Source: Auanema rhodensis
Lineage: Eukaryota > Animalia > Nematoda
Assembly (NCBI GenBank): GCA_964057225.1
Contig: OZ059894.1
Span: forward strand, 1,054,001-1,118,000
Direction: 5' to 3'
Length of the DNA: 64,000 bases
This document shows positions 58,401-64,000 of this stretch, in pieces (within the stretch, counting starts at the first letter, position 1; every line of letters starts with the position of its first letter). The notes under the pieces were generated by a model. That model saw only the letters and a list, made by a program, of their open reading frames with translations, had not been told where the DNA came from and did not search any database. Position numbers and translations under genes: made by a program.

Positions 58401-59309
58401 TTCAGGGTGAAAATCGAGGATATAAGTGTGAACTTATATCAGTTGATATCTCGGTGCATTTTTAAGCTAGCGCAAATCTGATAACACAGATCGACGCAGC
58501 TTAAAAATCCGCATCGAATGCACTATACTACATTGAGAAAGGCTTAATACAAAAATTAGTTATGATCGTTTGAAAAATGATGCATTAGTGTATGTTGAGT
58601 TTCCATGTACACTCAACATTGCTTCCAAAAACATTTTGACAAAAATGTTTTCGAAAAATTTCAAAATAATTTAGCAAAAAGTAGATGTTTTTAGATTCCT
58701 TTTTTCAAGGCAAAGACGATGGACAATGTTTTTCAACGAAAAAATTAATTCTTCAGGGTGAAAATCGAGGATATAAATGTGAACTTATATCAGTTGATAT
58801 CTCGGTGCATTTTTAAGCTAGCGCAAATCTGATAACACGGATCGACGCAGCTTAAAAATCCGCATCGAATGCACTATACTACATTGAGAAACGCTTAATA
58901 CAAAATTAGTTATGATCGTTTGAAAAATGATGCATTAGTGTATGTTGAGTTTCCATGTACACTCAACATTGCTTCCAAAAACATTTTGACGAAAATTTTT
59001 TCAACAAATTTCAAAATAATTTAGCAAAAAGTAGATGTTTTTAGATTCCTTTTTTCAAGGCAAACACGATGGACATTGTTTTTCAACGAAAAAATTAATT
59101 CTTCAGGGTGAAAATCGAGGATATAAGTGTGAACTTATATCAGTTGATATCTCGGTGCATTTTTAAGCTAGCGCAAATCTGATAACAAAGATCGACGCAG
59201 CTTAAAAGTCCGCATTGAATGCACTATACTACATTGAGAAACGCTCAATACAAAAATTAGTTATGATCGTTTGAAAAATGATGCATTAGTGTATGTTGAG
59301 TTTCCATGT
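49485..59309 (+). repeat. 15/16-monomer duplication (offsets 5263 and 5614 bp)
   Basis: C183T at 51773/57036 (+5263). Monomers 51240-54046 match 56503-59309 in order. Monomers 49485-50888 match 55099-56502 at +5614. Confidence 0.82.
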
Positions 59310-62300
59310 ACACTCAACATTGCTTCCAAAAACATTTTGACAAAAATTTTTTCGAAAAATTTCAAAATAATTTAGCAAAAAGTAGATGTTTTTAGATTCC
59401 TTTTTTCAAGGCAAAGACGATGGACAATGTTTTTCAACGAAAAAATTAATTCTTCAGGGTGAAAATCGAGGATATAAGTGTGAACTTATATCAGTTGATA
59501 TCTCGGTGCATTTTTAAGCTAGCGCAAATCTGATAACAAAGATCGACGCAGCTTAAAAATCCGCATCGAATGCACTATACTACATTGAGAAACGCTTAAT
59601 ACAAAAATTAGTTATGATCGTTTGAAAAATGATGCATTAGTGTATGTTGAGTTTCCATGTACACTCAACATTGCTTCCAAAAACATTTTGACGAAAATTT
59701 TTTCAACAAATTTCAAAATAATTTAGCAAAAAGTAGATGTTTTTAGATTCCTTTTTTCAAGGCAAACACGATGGACATTGTTTTTCAACGAAAAAATTAA
59801 TTCTTCAGGGTGAAAATCGAGGATATAAGTGTGAACTTATATCAGTTGATATCTCGGTGCATTTTTAAGCTAGCGCAAATCTGATAACAAAGATCGACGC
59901 AGCTTAAAAATCCGCATTGAATGCACTATACTACATTGAGAAACGCTCAATACAAAAATTAGTTATGATCGTTTGAAAAATGATGCATTAGTGTATGTTG
60001 AGTTTCCATGTACACTCAACATTGCTTCCAAAAACATTTTGACAAAAATTTTTTCGAAAAATTTCAAAATAATTTAGCAAAAAGTAGATGTTTTTAGATT
60101 CCTTTTTTCAAGGCAAAGACGATGGACAATGTTTTTCAACGAAAAAATTAATTCTTCAGGGTGAAAATCGAGGATATAAGTGTGAACTTATATCAGTTGA
60201 TATCTCGGTGCATTTTTAAGCTAGCGCAAATCTGATAACAAAGATCGACGCAGCTTAAAAATCCGCATCGAATGCACTATACTACATTGAGAAACGCTTA
60301 ATACAAAAATTAGTTATGATCGTTTGAAAAATGATGCATTAGTGTATGTTGAGTTTCCATGTACACTCAACATTGCTTCCAAAAACATTTTGACAAAAAT
60401 TTTTTCAAAAAATTTCAAAATAATTTAGCAAAAAGTAGATGTTTTTAGATTCCTTTTTTCAAGGCAAACACGATGGACATTGTTTTTCAACGAAAAAATT
60501 AATTCTTCAGGGTGAAAATCGAGGATATAAGTGTGAACTTATATCAGTTGATATCTCGGTGCATTTTTAAGCTAGCGCAAATCTGATAACAAAGATCGAC
60601 GCAGCTTGAAAATCCGCATTGAATGCACTATACTACATTGAGAAACGCTCAATACAAAAATTAGTTATGATCGTTTGAAAAATGATGCATTAGTGTATGT
60701 TGAGTTTCCATGTACACTCAACATTGCTTCCAAAAACATTTTGACAAAAATTTTTTCAAAAAATTTCAAAATAATTTAGCAAAAAGTAGATGTTTTTAGA
60801 TTCCTTTTTTCAAGGCAAAGACGATGGACAATGTTTTTCAACGAAAAAATTAATTCTTCAGGGTGAAAATCGAGGATATAAATGTGAACTTATATCAGTT
60901 GATATCTCGGTGCATTTTTAAGCTAGCGCAAATCTGATAACACGGATCGACGCAGCTTAAAAATCCGCATCGAATGCACTATACTACATTGAGAAACGCT
61001 TAATACAAAAATTAGTTATGATCGTTTGAAAAATGATGCATTAGTGTATGTTGAGTTTCCATGTACACTCAACATTGCTTCCAAAAACATTTTGACGAAA
61101 ATTTTTTCAAAAAATTTCAAAATAATTTAGCAAAAAGTAGATGTTTTTAGATTCCTTTTTTCAAGGCAAACACGATGGACATTGTTTTTCAACGAAAAAA
61201 TTAATTCTTCAGGGTGAAAATCGAGGATATAAATGTGAACTTATATCAGTTGATATCTCGGTGCATTTTTAAGCTAGCGCAAATCTGATAACACGGATCG
61301 ACGCAGCTTAAAAATCCGCATCGAATGCACTATACTACATTGAGAAACGCTTAATACAAAAATTAGTTATGATCGTTTGAAAAATAATGCATTAGTGTAT
61401 GTTGAGTTTCCATGTACACTCAACATTGCTTCCAAAAACATTTTGACGAAAATTTTTTCAAAAAATTTCAAAATAATTTAGAAAAAAGTAGATGTTTTTA
61501 GATTTCTTTTTTCAAGGCAAACACGATGGACATTGTTTTTCAACGAAAAAATTAATTCTTCAGGGTGAAAATCGAGGATATAAGTGTGAACTTATATCAG
61601 TTGATATCTCGGTGCATTTTTAAGCTAGCGCAAATCTGATAACAAAGATCGACGCAGCTTAAAAATCCGCATTGAATGCACTATACTACATTGAGAAACG
61701 CTCAATACAAAAATTAGTTATGATCGTTTGAAAAATGATGCATTAGTGTATGTTGAGTTTCCATGTACACTCAACATTGCTTCCAAAAACATTTTGACAA
61801 AAATTTTTTCGAAAATATTCAAAATAATTTAGCAAAAAGTAGATGTTTTTAGATTCCTTTTTTCAAGGCAAACACGATGGACAATGTTTTTCAACGAAAA
61901 AATTAATTCTTCAGGGTGAAAATCGAGGATATAAGTGTGAACTTATATTAGTTGATATCTCGGTGCATTTTTAAGCTAGCGCAAATCTGATAACAAAGAT
62001 CGACGCAGCTTAAAAATCCGCATCGAATGCACTATACTACATTGAGAAACGCTTAATACAAAAATTAGTTATGATCGTTTGAAAAATGATGCATTAGTGT
62101 ATGTTGAGTTTCCATGTACACTCAACATTGCTTCCAAAAACATTTTGACAAAAGTTTTTTCAAAAAATTTCAAAATAATTTAGCAAAAAGTAGATGTTTT
62201 TAGGTTCCTTTTTTCAAGGCAAAGACGATGGACAATGTTTTTCAACGAAAAAATTAATTCTTCAGGGTGAAAATCGAGGATATAAATGTGAACTTATATC

Positions 62301-64000
62301 AGTTGATATCTCGGTGCATTTTTAAGCTAGCGCAAATCTGATAACACGGATCGACGCAGCTTAAAAATCCGCATCGAATGCACTATACTACATTGAGAAA
62401 TGCTTAATACAAAAATTAGTTATGATCGTTTGAAAAATGATGCATTAGTGTATGTTGAGTTTCCATGTACACTCAACATTGCTTCCAAAAACATTTTGAC
62501 GAAAATTTTTTCAAAAAATTTCAAAATAATTTAGCAAAAAGTAGATGTTTTTAGATTCCTTTTTTCAAGGCAAACACGATGGACTTTGTTTTTCAACGGA
62601 ACAATTAATTCTTCAGGGTGAAAATCGAGGATATAAGTGTGAACTTATATCAGTTGATATCTCGGTGCATTTTTAAGCTAGCGCAAATCTGATAACAAAG
62701 ATCGACGCAGCTTAAAAATCCGCATCGAATGCACTATACTACATTGAGAAACGCTTAATACAAAAATTAGTTATGATCGTTTGAAAAATGATGCATTAGT
62801 GTATGTTGAGTTTCCATGTACACTCAACATTGCTTCCAAAAACATTTTGACAAAAATTTTTTCAAAAGATTTCAAAATAATTTAGCAAAAAGTAGATGTT
62901 TTTAGGTTCCTTTTTTCAAGGCAAAGACGATGGACAATGTTTTTCAACGAAAAAATTAATTCTTCAGGGTGAAAATCGAGGATATAAATGTGAACTTATA
63001 TCAGTTGATATCTCGGTGCATTTTTAAGCTAGCGCAAATCTGATAACACGGATCGACGCAGCTTAAAAATCCGCATCGAATGCACTATACTACATTGAGA
63101 AACGCTTAATACAAAAATTAGTTATGATCGTTTGAAAAATGATGCATTAGTGTATGTTGAGTTTCCATGTACACTCAACATTGCTTCCAAAAACATTTTG
63201 ACGAAAATTTTTTCAAAAAATTTCAAAATAATTTAGCAAAAAGTAGATGTTTTTAGATTCCTTTTTTCAAGGCAAACACGATGGACATTGTTTTTCAACG
63301 AAAAAATTAATTCTTCAGGGTGAAAATCGAGGATATAAGTGTGAACTTATATCAGTTGATATCTCGGTGCATTTTTAAGCTAGCGCAAATCTGATAACAA
63401 AGATCGACGCAGCTTAAAAATCCGCATTGAATGCACTATGCTACATTGAGAAACGCTCAATACAAAAATTAGTTATGATCGTTTGAAAAATGATGCATTA
63501 GTGTATGTTGAGTTTCCATGTACACTCAACATTGCTTCCAAAAACATTTTGACAAAAATTTTTTCAAAAAATTTCAAAACAATTTAGCAAAAAGTAGATG
63601 TTTTTAGGTTCCTTTTTTTAAGGCAAAGACGATGGACAATGTTTTTCAACGAAAAAATTAATTCTTCAGGGTGAAAATCGAGGATATAAATGTGAACTTA
63701 TATCAGTTGATATCTCGGTGCATTTTTAAGCTAGCGCAAATCTGATAACACGGATCGACGCAGCTTAAAAATCCGCATCGAATGCACTATACTACATTGA
63801 GAAATGCTTAATACAAAAATTAGTTATGATCGTTTGAAAAATGATGCATTAGTGTATGTTGAGTTTCCATGTACACTCAACATTGCTTCCAAAAACATTT
63901 TGACGAAAATTTTTTCAAAAAATTTCAAAATAATTTAGCAAAAAGTAGATGTTTTTAGATTCCTTTTTTCAAGGCAAACACGATGGACATTGTTTTTCAA

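Larger units (their letters stand above)
1..64000. repeat. 351-bp tandem satellite DNA array, 182 full monomers plus a partial copy, head-to-tail, extends beyond both window edges
   Basis: ACACTCAACATTGCTTCC recurs at 1, 352, 703 ... 7021 (=1+20x351) ... 63873 (=1+182x351-10; ten 1-bp deletions account for the shift). No non-repeat sequence was seen. AT content is about 69%. Confidence 0.99.

Noticed and set aside
1-64000. CRISPR array or repeat-spacer system
   Set aside because: There are no unique spacers; the full 351 bp is repeated, and there are no cas or other genes.
1-64000. Giant repetitive protein gene (351 bp = 117 codons)
   Set aside because: Stops recur in each monomer, the six-frame track reports only one short ORF, and ten 1-bp deletions shift the frame.
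1-64000. Single fixed-period higher-order repeat across the window
   Set aside because: Marker spacings differ by region (3, 4, 6, 8, 9, 14-16, 22 monomers), and the markers are domain-restricted.

Overview
The whole 64 kb window is one uninterrupted head-to-tail satellite DNA array. The monomer is 351 bp and about 31% GC (110/351 counted in the first copy). There are 182 complete monomers (172 of 351 bp and 10 of 350 bp by my register count) plus a 128-bp partial copy, all in the same orientation. I saw no insertion, inversion, transposon, gene or unique spacer. Copies differ by only a few substitutions each. The single ORF in the track is a chance product of two point mutations. The informative structure lies at three levels. 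(i) The monomer is a chain of short dyad symmetries plus phased A/T tracts. (ii) Diagnostic variants are confined to successive sub-domains along the array. (iii) Rare variants recur at whole-monomer offsets (3, 4, 6, 8, 9, 15, 16 and 22 monomers), which records nested local duplications with chimeric junction monomers rather than one fixed higher-order repeat. This looks like eukaryotic (peri)centromeric or heterochromatic satellite. I cannot name the species or family, and I found no supportable novel gene-based system. 'Offset' below means position within a monomer, numbered from ACACTCAACA as in bases 1-351.
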